Shown here in pieces: positions 8,247-16,363 of a DNA stretch of 32,000 nt. The position numbers and the translations under genes are program-made. Where the stretch lies: the NCBI RefSeq assembly GCF_003945235.1, contig NZ_RSDW01000001.1, positions 750,001 through 782,000 on the forward strand. Reading direction: 5' to 3'. Source of the DNA: Edaphobacter aggregans (lineage in GTDB: Bacteria; Acidobacteriota; Terriglobia; Terriglobales; Acidobacteriaceae). The notes beneath the pieces are model-generated. The model saw only the letters and a program-made list of their open reading frames with translations. It did not search any database and had not been told where the DNA came from. Within the stretch, counting starts at the first letter, position 1; each line of letters starts with the position of its first letter.

Positions 8247-9371
8247 CTATTCAACTGCAAGCAACGACTCCCGCGTCACCATCTTGTGAGCCACATAGTT
8301 ATAAGGCGGCACCGTCTGCCCACGCAACAGCGATAGCCCCAGGTGAATCAGGCTCGGCCCATACGACCCAGCCTCATGCGACACAGATCCAATCAGCGGC
8401 GACTTATCTTTCTTCATCTCCGATATCACCTCGGCAATGCAGTCCTGCCCCACAATCGCCACATGCTTCTCGCGTTTCAGCTCTCGCACCGCTTCCACCG
8501 CACCCAGCGCACTCGAGTCTGTCGCCGCCGCAATCAGAATGTGTTTGTCCTTAGGATGTCGCTGCAAAAAGTCCGACACCAGCTTCTTACTCTTGTCCCG
8601 CATTCCGCGCCCGTCGATCCGCACAAACGACTCCACCGGCAGCTCCGGAATCCCGCTCCTCACACCCTCAAACGCCCCCGTGATTCTGCTCTGCACCAGC
8701 GGCCCGGCCTCCTGCAGATCAAGCCCCAGCACCCACTGAACGGTGCCCTCCCAGTTCGCCTTCGCAAACGCCGCCAGCGTCTGACCAGCCTCAATCCCAA
8801 CCCGATAGTTATCCACCCCAAAGTAAGTCGCATGAGGATGCGGAATATCGATCGCGATCAGCGGAATATTCGCCGCCGCAATCCTATCGCCGATCATCGG
8901 CGCCACCTCCTGCTCCACCTGGAACTCAATCACAAGATCAACCTTGCTCCGGACAAACTCGTCGGCATTCTTCAACGCCGTGGGTCCGTCGTATCGATTG
9001 TCCAGCACCATTAGATCCACGCCCACCGAAGCCGCCGCATCCCTCAGACTCTCCGTCACCTCATTCGAGAACGGCATATCCGCGCTTTGCCCCGCGAACC
9101 CAAACCGCATCTTCTTCGGCCGCGTCACCTGTCGATACATACCATCCGGCGACTGCGACAGATACCCTCGATGCACAAACGTCTTCAGCACCCGGTACAC
9201 CGTCGTCTTCGAGATTCGCGTCTGACGATGGATCGCCTCCAGCGTCATTGGCTGATTCTCTGCCTGCAGCAATTCAAGAATATCCAGCGCCTTCGAAAGC
9301 ACTGGAATCAGATACAGTCTCTTCGTCGTCTTCCGTCCCGCCATAAGCTCCTTGGGCAGAGGCATAAGCAC
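8247..9371 (-). CDS. transcriptional regulator: IclR-type winged HTH fused to a periplasmic-binding-protein type I (LacI/RbsB-like) sugar-binding domain
   Basis: The N-terminal LSKALDILELLQAENQPMTLEAIHRQTRISKTTVYRVLKTFVHRGYL looks like an IclR HTH. The rest (RFGFAGQSADMPFSNEVTESLRDAA...VDLVIEFQ...IPLIAIDIPH...VGQDC) looks like a PBP1 sugar-binding fold. GTG start at 9371; the alternative ATG is at 9365. Confidence 0.75.
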   Translation of the reverse strand: MLMPLPKELMAGRKTTKRLYLIPVLSKALDILELLQAENQPMTLEAIHRQTRISKTTVYRVLKTFVHRGYLSQSPDGMYRQVTRPKKMRFGFAGQSADMPFSNEVTESLRDAAASVGVDLMVLDNRYDGPTALKNADEFVRSKVDLVIEFQVEQEVAPMIGDRIAAANIPLIAIDIPHPHATYFGVDNYRVGIEAGQTLAAFAKANWEGTVQWVLGLDLQEAGPLVQSRITGAFEGVRSGIPELPVESFVRIDGRGMRDKSKKLVSDFLQRHPKDKHILIAAATDSSALGAVEAVRELKREKHVAIVGQDCIAEVISEMKKDKSPLIGSVSHEAGSYGPSLIHLGLSLLRGQTVPPYNYVAHKMVTRESLLAVE

Positions 9372-9461
9372 TCAGCCGCTCCATTATGCGGCACAAAGAC
9401 TTATTCCGCTAATGGAATTCGTACGATTCGCGTTTCCAAATCGTCAGCAAGCCCGAAAACT

Positions 9462-10667
9462 TCACGCATAGCTGGAAACACTACGAGCATTCCTGCTGCT
9501 GCGTTCCTGCGTCACCCTCTCCACATACCCGCCCTCTGCCAAAGCCTTCAATGGATCAACCGGGAGTCCCCGTGCCACTCTCCACTCTCGGACAATCGGC
9601 CGCACATCCTGCCAGAACGCCCCACGGAAGCACTCCTCCGCCTCAACCAGTCGGCAAGCATCCTGCAACTCCGCCAACCGCACCTGGTCGATCAGCGCAG
9701 CCTTCGCATAAAGCTCCTGAGCGGTCACGACCGTCTGGACCATTGCCTCCATCTTGCCCTTCAGGTTGTGGCTCTGATCGATCATGAACGCCACCTCTGC
9801 ACGTTCATCCTCCCTCGCACTCACAATCTCGTGGAATATCCGGAACACCTGATAAGGATCGATCGACCCCAGCGTCAGATCATCATCCGCATACTTTCGG
9901 TCGTTGAAGTGGAAACCACCCAACGCTCCCAGATGCAGCAGCCACGCCACTACCTGCTCGATGTTTGTTCCCTGATAGTGATGCCCCGTATCCACCAGCA
10001 CCTTCGCCTTCGGGCCAGCTCGACGCGCCAACTCCAGCGCCATCCCCCAATCCGCGATGTCCGTATGATAGAAAGCCGGCTCAAACGGCTTGTACTCCAC
10101 CAGCATCCTCTGGTCCGCTCCCAGAGCAGCGTGCGTCGCTCCTAGCACCTCCACCATCCACTCAATCCGCCGTCTCACGCTCTGCGTCCCCGGATAGTTC
10201 GACCCATCCGCGATCCAAAGCGACACATCCTTCGATCCCAGCGCCCGCCCGATCTCCACCGAATCCAGCAAATGAGCCAGCGCCCGCCCCCGTATCTCCG
10301 CACTCGGATTGGCAATCGACCCGAACTTATACTCCTGATCCTGGAAAAGGTTCGGATTGATTGATCCCGACCTCACCCCATACTTCTTTTCAAGCTCTCG
10401 AATCGTCGCAACATCCTTCACCCCACCCGGCAGGTCCCAAAGCACATGCAGCGCCACCGTCGGACTCGCTCCCGTCAGGGCATTCACCTGCCCGGCGTCG
10501 GAAAACTTCTCTTCAATCGTCGTCGCCGCCCCACCCTGCACAAACTTGCCAAACCGAGTCCCCGTATTCGCAAAGCCCCATGACGGCACCTCAATCCGAA
10601 AGCCATCCAGGGCACGCCAAATCTTCTCCGCATCCCGCTCCGCTGCGCCTGCCCCGTTCACTGTCAT
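9462..10667 (-). CDS. rhaI: L-rhamnose isomerase (xylose-isomerase-like TIM barrel, Streptomyces/P. stutzeri type)
   Basis: Sequence WGFANTGTRFGKF...TIEEKFSDAGQV...VDTGHH...FHFNDRKYADDDL. Start moved to ATG 10667, which has a GGAGGGG SD 4 nt upstream. The track start (10769) would read through the promoter-like region. Confidence 0.85.
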   Translation of the reverse strand: MTVNGAGAAERDAEKIWRALDGFRIEVPSWGFANTGTRFGKFVQGGAATTIEEKFSDAGQVNALTGASPTVALHVLWDLPGGVKDVATIRELEKKYGVRSGSINPNLFQDQEYKFGSIANPSAEIRGRALAHLLDSVEIGRALGSKDVSLWIADGSNYPGTQSVRRRIEWMVEVLGATHAALGADQRMLVEYKPFEPAFYHTDIADWGMALELARRAGPKAKVLVDTGHHYQGTNIEQVVAWLLHLGALGGFHFNDRKYADDDLTLGSIDPYQVFRIFHEIVSAREDERAEVAFMIDQSHNLKGKMEAMVQTVVTAQELYAKAALIDQVRLAELQDACRLVEAEECFRGAFWQDVRPIVREWRVARGLPVDPLKALAEGGYVERVTQERSSRNARSVSSYA

Positions 10668-10697
10668 CGCACCCCTCCAGCCCTGCAAATCGTACTT

Positions 10698-10718
10698 AGA
10701 AATATACTCTCTATTGAA
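10698..10718 (+). promoter_or_regulatory. candidate operator, motif RGAAAY-N8-TATTGR (rhaI promoter)
   Basis: The plus strand reads AGAAAT-ATACTCTC-TATTGAA, 31-51 nt upstream of the rhaI ATG. It overlaps a TATATT -10-like hexamer on the minus strand (10706-10701). Confidence 0.45.
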
Positions 10719-10787
10719 ACATAAGCAGACTGCACCATCCCCCCAACCCTTGTCAAAGAGTTTCTTCACCCATCAGGCCATTCCGCC

Positions 10788-10841
10788 AGAGCAAATTTCG
10801 TGATGAAGAGCAAATTCGCGATTAGAGATGGAGCAAACTTC
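10788..10841 (+). repeat. three direct repeats AGAGCAAATTTC / AGAGCAAATTC / GGAGCAAACTTC upstream of rhaI
   Basis: Repeats at 10788-10799, 10807-10817 and 10830-10841, with start-to-start spacing of 19 and 23 nt. Located 120-175 nt upstream of rhaI. Confidence 0.5.
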
Positions 10842-10877
10842 TCGCAGTGAGCGCCAACGGTGCAGCCTATACCAGCC

Positions 10878-10931
10878 TGGGGCAACGCCCCATGTCTACG
10901 GATTTCCCCTAGCAACGAGGGCTGAAAGCCC
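10878..10931. repeat. REP-like short GC hairpins
   Basis: TGGGGC-aac-GCCCCA (10878-10892) and GGGCT-gaa-AGCCC (10919-10931) lie in the 325-bp rhaI-lutC spacer. Similar GGGGC-taaa-GCCCC / GGCT-ga-AGCC hairpins occur at 31587-31640. Confidence 0.4.
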
Positions 10932-10992
10932 GACCCATATCTTCTTCCTACTCCCTGAAATGCACGTCGGGAGATTCGTCATAAGCCTCGAT

Positions 10993-11664
10993 TCAAAGCT
11001 CCCCAGTGAGCACCACATCGAGAAACCTCGGCCCGTGTACTCCCTTGATCCGCGTCATCTCGATATCCGCCGTAGCCGAAGGCCCCGAAAAGAACGTCGT
11101 CGGCAACTCAGCCGTAGACGCCAACCGATCCATCGCCTCCGGAACCGTCTCCACCACATCCTCCACCCGCACCACACAAAGGTGATAATCCGGGACCAGC
11201 GTAGCCGCCCGTTTCCCCTGCCCCGCCACATTCTGGAGCACGACCGTACCCGTCTCCGCAATCGCCACCGTCGAGCCGGTCATCACCCCATCGAACCCAT
11301 CCAGTTCCGAAGCCGACAACCCCTCATCCACCACAAACTCAAATCCCGCCGGAAGCAACTCCGCCTCAATCCCTACCGGAACAACCATCCGTCGCTTACC
11401 ACGTTTAGCCAGCATTTCTCCAACAGCTACCGCAATTCCACCACGACCTACCCGCACAACATGCGCGTCATAATCCCTCAGCCGATCCTCCAGCAACTCA
11501 ATCACCGCCTGCCGCTCAAGCGAAGCCTTTCGCCGATACCCCCGCTCCACGCCCGCCCACGCGGCCCGCACACCAGCTTCATCGCTAGCCCCACCCTTGG
11601 CCGCACAAATCCGCCGCAAAACCTCAGCCCTCGCAGCCGAATTTGTAACTATCTCAGTTGCCAT
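10993..11664 (-). CDS. lutC: lactate utilization protein C (LUD domain)
   Basis: LutC-like sequence ...VPVGIEAELLP...GVMTGSTVAIAETGTVVL...RAATLVPDYHLCVV...FFSGPSATADIE. It follows lutB. Start taken as ATG 11664 (G-rich SD just upstream). The alternative GTG is at 11691. Confidence 0.8.
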   Translation of the reverse strand: MATEIVTNSAARAEVLRRICAAKGGASDEAGVRAAWAGVERGYRRKASLERQAVIELLEDRLRDYDAHVVRVGRGGIAVAVGEMLAKRGKRRMVVPVGIEAELLPAGFEFVVDEGLSASELDGFDGVMTGSTVAIAETGTVVLQNVAGQGKRAATLVPDYHLCVVRVEDVVETVPEAMDRLASTAELPTTFFSGPSATADIEMTRIKGVHGPRFLDVVLTGEL

Positions 11665-13093
11665 TCTTCCCCCGGCTCTCCCACCACTCACGAAACGTCT
11701 CTTTCGGCATGGCCTGCAGATCCCTCACCTGCGTCCACCCACCCAAAATCCCCGGCAACCAGCCAATCCACCCCTCACCCTGACCATCCTTCCGCACCAG
11801 CGGAGCCTCGGCCATACGCCCAAGCCGTTGCGCCGCCCTGAATCTTGCCTCGCTCCGGAAGATCATCCCCATCGTCTTCATCGCCAGCGACTCGGCATTC
11901 AGCCCATTCTGTTTCACGACCTTATTCCGCAGATGAATCAATACCTCCGGAATATTGATCTTCACCGGACAAACCTCATAGCAAGCCCCGCACAGCGACG
12001 AAGCATAAGGCAGCGACTGCGCATGATGCATCTCCTGCAACTGCGGCGTCAGAATCGCACCGATTGGCCCCGCGTACACGCTCCCATACGCATGCCCACC
12101 CGTCTGTCGATACACCGGGCAAGCATTCTGGCAAGCCCCACACCGAATGCAATTCAGCGTCTGCCGCCCCTCCTCATCCGCCAGAATCTCCGTCCGCGCA
12201 TTATCCATCAGCACCACATGAAACGTCTGCGGCCCATCCCCCGCCCGCACGCCCGTCCAAATCGAGTTGTACGGATTCATCCGCTCGCCGGTCGCCGAAC
12301 GTGGCAACAACTGCAGCACAACCTCCAGGTCCTGATACCGCGGCAACACCTTATCGATCCCCGCAATCGTAATCAGCGTCTCTGGCAGCGTCAGGCACAT
12401 TCGCCCATTGCCTTCGCTCTCGACGATGCAAACCCCGCCAGTCTCCGCGATCAAAAAATTCGCCCCGCTAACCCCCGTCTTAACCCGCAGAAACTTCTCT
12501 CGCAGAAACCGCCGAGCCGCATCCGCCAGATCCTCCGGCTTCTCACCCAACTCCGGCAGATTCATCTCCCGTTGAAAAATCTCCCGAATCTGCTGCCGGT
12601 TCTTATGCAGCGCCGGAACCACAATATGCGAAGGCTGATCACGCCCCAGCTGAATAATCAGCTCTGCCAGATCCGTCTCATACGCCCGAATCCCCGCCGC
12701 CTCCAGCGCGTCATTCAGATGAATCTCCTCGGTCGTCATCGACTTAATCTTGATGACCTCATCCGATCCAGAAGCCTTCACCAGAGCAGTAACAATCTGC
12801 CGAGCCTCCGCCGCATCCCGAGCCCAATGCACCACCCCACCAGATCGCGTGCAGTTCCGTTCAAACTCCTCCAGATAAAAATCCAGATTCTCCATCGTGT
12901 GCTGACGAATCTGCTTCCCCGCCTCACGCAACTGCTGCCAATCCGGCATCTCGTCCACCACACGAGCCCGCTTAGCCTGAATCACCTCCGTAGCATGACG
13001 AACATTCTTCCTGAGCTGCGTATCCCCCATCGCAGCCTTCGCCGCCATCGGAAACGCAGGCGAAGTCGTTGGGTCCAGCACCGCTCCACTCAT
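11654..13093 (-). CDS. lutB: lactate utilization protein B (4Fe-4S, LutB/LldF)
   Basis: Two ferredoxin-type cysteine clusters, CIRCGACQNACPVY and CGACYEVCPVKI, plus a DUF162/LUD region. ATGA overlap with the lutA stop (tcat at 13090-13093). Confidence 0.9.
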   Translation of the reverse strand: MSGAVLDPTTSPAFPMAAKAAMGDTQLRKNVRHATEVIQAKRARVVDEMPDWQQLREAGKQIRQHTMENLDFYLEEFERNCTRSGGVVHWARDAAEARQIVTALVKASGSDEVIKIKSMTTEEIHLNDALEAAGIRAYETDLAELIIQLGRDQPSHIVVPALHKNRQQIREIFQREMNLPELGEKPEDLADAARRFLREKFLRVKTGVSGANFLIAETGGVCIVESEGNGRMCLTLPETLITIAGIDKVLPRYQDLEVVLQLLPRSATGERMNPYNSIWTGVRAGDGPQTFHVVLMDNARTEILADEEGRQTLNCIRCGACQNACPVYRQTGGHAYGSVYAGPIGAILTPQLQEMHHAQSLPYASSLCGACYEVCPVKINIPEVLIHLRNKVVKQNGLNAESLAMKTMGMIFRSEARFRAAQRLGRMAEAPLVRKDGQGEGWIGWLPGILGGWTQVRDLQAMPKETFREWWESRGKNGN

Positions 13094-13827
13094 CGCGCAC
13101 CCTCTTCCCCAGCCAGAATCTCCGCCAAATGCACCGTCTTAACCCCCGTCCGCTGCCGATGCAGACCCCCCTGAATATGCATCAAGCACGAGTTATCGCA
13201 AGCAGTACAAGCCTCCGCCCCCGTATTCAGCACAGCCGTAGTCTTCTCCGCCAGCATCGCGCTCGAAACCTCCGCGTTCTTCACGGCAAACGTCCCACCG
13301 AACCCACAGCACTGCTCCAGCCCCTCAATCTCGACGAGATCAATCCCCCGCACAGCCTTCAGCAGCCTCTGAGGCCCATCTCCCAACCCAAGATTCCGCA
13401 ACCCATGGCAGCTGGCGTGATACGTCACGCGATGCGGATAATAGGCCCCCACATCCTCCAGCTCCAACCGCTTCGTCAAAAACTCCGAAAACTCAAACAC
13501 CCGAGGCACCAGCGCCTCAACCTCAGCAATCAGCTTCTCGTCTTTCAGCGAAGCCGCCATCTTCGGATAATGATCACGAATCATCGCCACACAAGAAGAA
13601 GAAGGCACCACCACCGCCTCCGCCCCCTTGAACTGCTCCACAAACCGGGCCACCAGCGGCAGGGCTTCCGCCTGATACCCTGTATTCCAATGCATCTGTC
13701 CGCAGCACGTCTGACCCGCGGGAAACTCCACCGTATGCCCCAGCCGTTCCAGCACCCTGACTACGGCCTTGCCAGTCTCAGGAAACAGCGTGTCGTTGTA
13801 GCAGGTAATAAACAGCGAGACTCGCAG
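13090..13827 (-). CDS. lutA: lactate utilization protein A ((Fe-S)-binding, CCG-domain oxidoreductase)
   Basis: CCG motifs (TCCGQMH and QCCGFGG). The track ORF starts at GTG 13755. The same frame stays open upstream and encodes LRVSLFITCYNDTLFPETGKAVVR, the conserved LutA N-terminus including its first Cys. The only plausible initiator there is CTG 13827-13825, 4 nt after GGAGGG (13837-13832). The 5' end is therefore uncertain. Confidence 0.8.
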   Translation of the reverse strand: MRVSLFITCYNDTLFPETGKAVVRVLERLGHTVEFPAGQTCCGQMHWNTGYQAEALPLVARFVEQFKGAEAVVVPSSSCVAMIRDHYPKMAASLKDEKLIAEVEALVPRVFEFSEFLTKRLELEDVGAYYPHRVTYHASCHGLRNLGLGDGPQRLLKAVRGIDLVEIEGLEQCCGFGGTFAVKNAEVSSAMLAEKTTAVLNTGAEACTACDNSCLMHIQGGLHRQRTGVKTVHLAEILAGEEGAR

Positions 13828-13840
13828 AACACCCTCCGCA

Positions 13841-13862
13841 ATTCAATAGAAATTCAATTTCC
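13841..13862 (-). promoter_or_regulatory. candidate operator, motif RGAAAY-N8-TATTGR (lutA / rhaT divergent region)
   Basis: The minus strand reads GGAAAT-TGAATTTC-TATTGAAT. On the plus strand it reads ATTCAAT-aga-AATTCAAT, a direct repeat. It shares TTCAATAGA and about 17 of 22 positions with the rhaI site. Confidence 0.45.
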
Positions 13863-13931
13863 CCAACGCAACTCGCGTCAGGTACGATAGTACGCGCTAA
13901 CGATCCATTATTATTCACCGAACGAGGACTC

Positions 13932-15152
13932 GTGGGACCTAATCCGTTTATTGGCGTTATCTATCACTGGATCGGCGGTTTCGCCTCCGCAACAAACTTC
14001 ATCCCCTTCCGCGGCATCAAGCGCTGGTCGTGGGAGATCTACTGGCTCATCCAGGGCTTCGCCGCATGGATCGTCGCGCCCACCCTCCTCGGCTCGATCT
14101 TCGTCCCCAACCTATTCGGTATCATCCACCAGGTCTACGTCACGAACCCCAAAAACGTCCTGCTCGCCTTCCTCTTCGGAGTTCTCTGGGGAGTCGGCGG
14201 CATCACCTTCGGGCTCGCCATCCGTTACCTCGGCATCGCACTCGGTTATGCCATTGCGCTAGGACTCTGCGCTGCGTTCGGCACCGTCGTTCCGCCGATC
14301 GCTCATGGCCAGTTCGGTGCCATCCTCCATTCGACCGCTGGCCAGATCATCCTGCTCGGCGTCCTCGTCTGCCTCATCGGAGTAGCTGTCAACGGAGCTG
14401 CCGGCGTCTCCAAGGAGCGCGAGATCACCCCCGAAGAAAAGGCCGAGGCCGGCGAAACCGACTACAACTTCGGCAAGGGCATCGCCATCGCCATCCTTGC
14501 CGGATTCATGAGTTCCTTCTTCGCCTTCGGCCTCGACGCCGGAAAGCCCATCGGCGACCTCGCCCGCACCCAACTCCTCGCCGCAGGCAGACTGGACCTC
14601 TGGCAAAACCTCCCCATCCTCGTCGTCGTCCTCTGGGGAGGCTTCGTCACCAACTTCATCTGGTCAGCCATCCTCATCTTCCAGAACGGCTCCGTCCGCC
14701 AGTTCGCCGGCGAGCCCGGCAGCAACCCCATGCGAGCCACCCACGCCACAGGCCAGACTCTGGTCGACTTCGACCCTCTCGACCCCTCCACTTATGACCG
14801 CCTCGCCCCGCGCACACTCATCGCCAACTACATCTTCGCTGCGCTCGCCGGAGTCATCTGGTATTTCCAGTTCTTCTTCTACTCCATGGGCCAAACAAAG
14901 ATGGGCAAGTACGACTTCTCCTCCTGGACCCTCCACATGGCCAGCATCATCATCTTCGCCACCCTATGGGGCCTCTTCCTCAAAGAGTGGCGCGGAACCA
15001 GCCGCCGCACCAAAACCCTGGTAGCCACCGGCCTCTTCCTCCTTATCAGTTCCACAGTCGTAGTCGGCTACGGCAACTACTTGAAAGCCAACCAGGACGG
15101 CATCAAAATCATCTCCACCCAACTAATCCTGTCAAGCCCCAAAACGCACTAA
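13932..15152 (+). CDS. rhaT: L-rhamnose:proton symporter
   Basis: Alignable by eye with E. coli RhaT (IGG.ASA..F.PF...KRWSWE..W; LGYAIALGL; WYFQFFFYS.G; KEW). GTG start at 13932 with a GAGGA SD at 13924-13928. About 10 predicted TM segments. Confidence 0.9.
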   Translation: MGPNPFIGVIYHWIGGFASATNFIPFRGIKRWSWEIYWLIQGFAAWIVAPTLLGSIFVPNLFGIIHQVYVTNPKNVLLAFLFGVLWGVGGITFGLAIRYLGIALGYAIALGLCAAFGTVVPPIAHGQFGAILHSTAGQIILLGVLVCLIGVAVNGAAGVSKEREITPEEKAEAGETDYNFGKGIAIAILAGFMSSFFAFGLDAGKPIGDLARTQLLAAGRLDLWQNLPILVVVLWGGFVTNFIWSAILIFQNGSVRQFAGEPGSNPMRATHATGQTLVDFDPLDPSTYDRLAPRTLIANYIFAALAGVIWYFQFFFYSMGQTKMGKYDFSSWTLHMASIIIFATLWGLFLKEWRGTSRRTKTLVATGLFLLISSTVVVGYGNYLKANQDGIKIISTQLILSSPKTH

Positions 15153-15214
15153 GCCTCATAGAATCATTCAGATCCCTCTGGCATATCAATTTCCCTCAAC
15201 CCGATATACTGGAA

Positions 15215-15330
15215 ATAGCGACAAAAAGCCCCGGCCACCACCGGGGCTTTTTCATTATGCAAGGAGGAAGTCCAGACCTAAGTCATCTGTTCCGAAGACT
15301 TTAGGACAATAAGTACGGGAATGGGGTACT
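15215..15330 (+). repeat. modular intergenic element, copy B
   Basis: Modules: hairpin (15223-15252), AAGTCCAGACCTAA (15268-15281), GAAGACTTT (15294-15302), GGGAATGGGGTAC, which ends on the galT stop codon (cta at 15329-15331). It lacks the TTTAACC module. Confidence 0.7.
15223..15252. terminator. bidirectional intrinsic terminator between rhaT and galT
   Basis: AAAAAGCCCCGG-ccacca-CCGGGGCTTTTT is a perfect 12-nt-arm hairpin with an A-tract and a T-tract flank, so it can act on both strands. It is also the hairpin module of repeat copy B. Confidence 0.75.
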
Positions 15331-16363
15331 ACCGCAAAGCAGCCCGCCGCAGCGTCTCAGCCGCCGACTCAGGAGTGATATCCCGCTGCGGCCCGCCCAG
15401 CAACTCAAACCCAACCATGAACTTCCGGATGGTAGCCGAGCGCAGCAGCGGCGGATAGAAGTGAACATGAAAATGCCACCCTGGATGCTCCTTCCCATCG
15501 GAAGGCTGCGGATGTAGTCCCATCGAGTAAGGAAACGGCGTATCGAAGACCTTGTCATAAGTCGCCGTCACCTCCTTCAGAATCGCCGAAAAGCAATCCC
15601 GCTCCTCTGACGTCATCGCTTCTAGATCGGCGATGTGCCGGTCAGGAAGAATCATCACCTCAAAGGGCCAAACTGCCCAGAACGGAACCACAGCAACGAA
15701 CGCATCGTTCGCCGCCACCACCCGTTCCCCCAACGCAACCTCCATCGCCCGATACTCGCAAAGCAGACAGCACCCGTGTTCCTTCAAATACGCATCCTGC
15801 CCGGCTTGCTCCGCGACAACCTCATTCGGCAACGACCGGCTCGCCCAGATCTGCCCATGCGGATGCGGATTGCTGGCCCCCATCATGGCCCCGCGATTCT
15901 CAAACACCTGCACGTAGGAGATGTCCTCCCGCGAAACAAGCTCCAGCGACTGCTCAGCCCACACATCCACCACCGCACGAATCCCCCCCACCGACATCGT
16001 CGCCAGGGTCAGATCATGCCGAGGCGAAAAGCAGATCACCCGGCACACCCCACTCTCCCCCTCAGCAACAAGCAGCCCCTTACCCTCTTCATCGCTCGAA
16101 AATCGAGGAGTGTCCGGCTTCAAGGCCGCAAAGTCGTTTTCAAACACATAGGTGCTCGTATACTTGTCCGTCCGAGCCCCGCCAGCCCGCACATTCCCCG
16201 GACACAGATAGCACTCCGGATCGTACTGCAGCGCCGGTGGAGCAGCCGTCTTCTCCGTCTGTCCCTGCCACGGCCGCTGCGTCCGATGCGGCGAAACCAG
16301 CACCCACTCCCGCTTCAAGGGATTGAACCGCCGATGAGGATTCTGCTGAGCCAGTGGATTCAA
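15329..16363 (-). CDS. galT: galactose-1-phosphate uridylyltransferase (HIT family, class I)
   Basis: Motifs [32 protein letters not shown] and HPHGQIWA (HxHxQ). TTG start forms a TTGA overlap with the galK stop. Confidence 0.9.
   Translation of the reverse strand: MNPLAQQNPHRRFNPLKREWVLVSPHRTQRPWQGQTEKTAAPPALQYDPECYLCPGNVRAGGARTDKYTSTYVFENDFAALKPDTPRFSSDEEGKGLLVAEGESGVCRVICFSPRHDLTLATMSVGGIRAVVDVWAEQSLELVSREDISYVQVFENRGAMMGASNPHPHGQIWASRSLPNEVVAEQAGQDAYLKEHGCCLLCEYRAMEVALGERVVAANDAFVAVVPFWAVWPFEVMILPDRHIADLEAMTSEERDCFSAILKEVTATYDKVFDTPFPYSMGLHPQPSDGKEHPGWHFHVHFYPPLLRSATIRKFMVGFELLGGPQRDITPESAAETLRRAALR

Noticed and set aside
9401-9416. Palindrome ATTCC-gctaat-GGAAT upstream of the regulator gene as an autoregulatory operator
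   Set aside because: The arms are only 5 bp, it occurs once, and it does not match the motif shared by the other promoters. The evidence is insufficient.
10668-10769. Upstream extensions of rhaI (to 10769), rhaB (to 6020), the TonB receptor (to 21711), the permease (to 24512), GH28 (from 893), the SGNH hydrolase (from 25260) and the redoxin (from 29777)
   Set aside because: In each case an internal start with a good SD, or a start/stop overlap with the upstream gene, gives an N-terminus matching the family or a proper signal peptide. The extensions read through neighbouring genes or promoter-like DNA.
15321-15470. Small ORF starting at the ATG inside GGGAATGGGG of element copy B (antisense to the galT 3' end)
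   Set aside because: It has no SD of its own, lies entirely antisense to a conserved part of galT, and has no counterpart in copy C.
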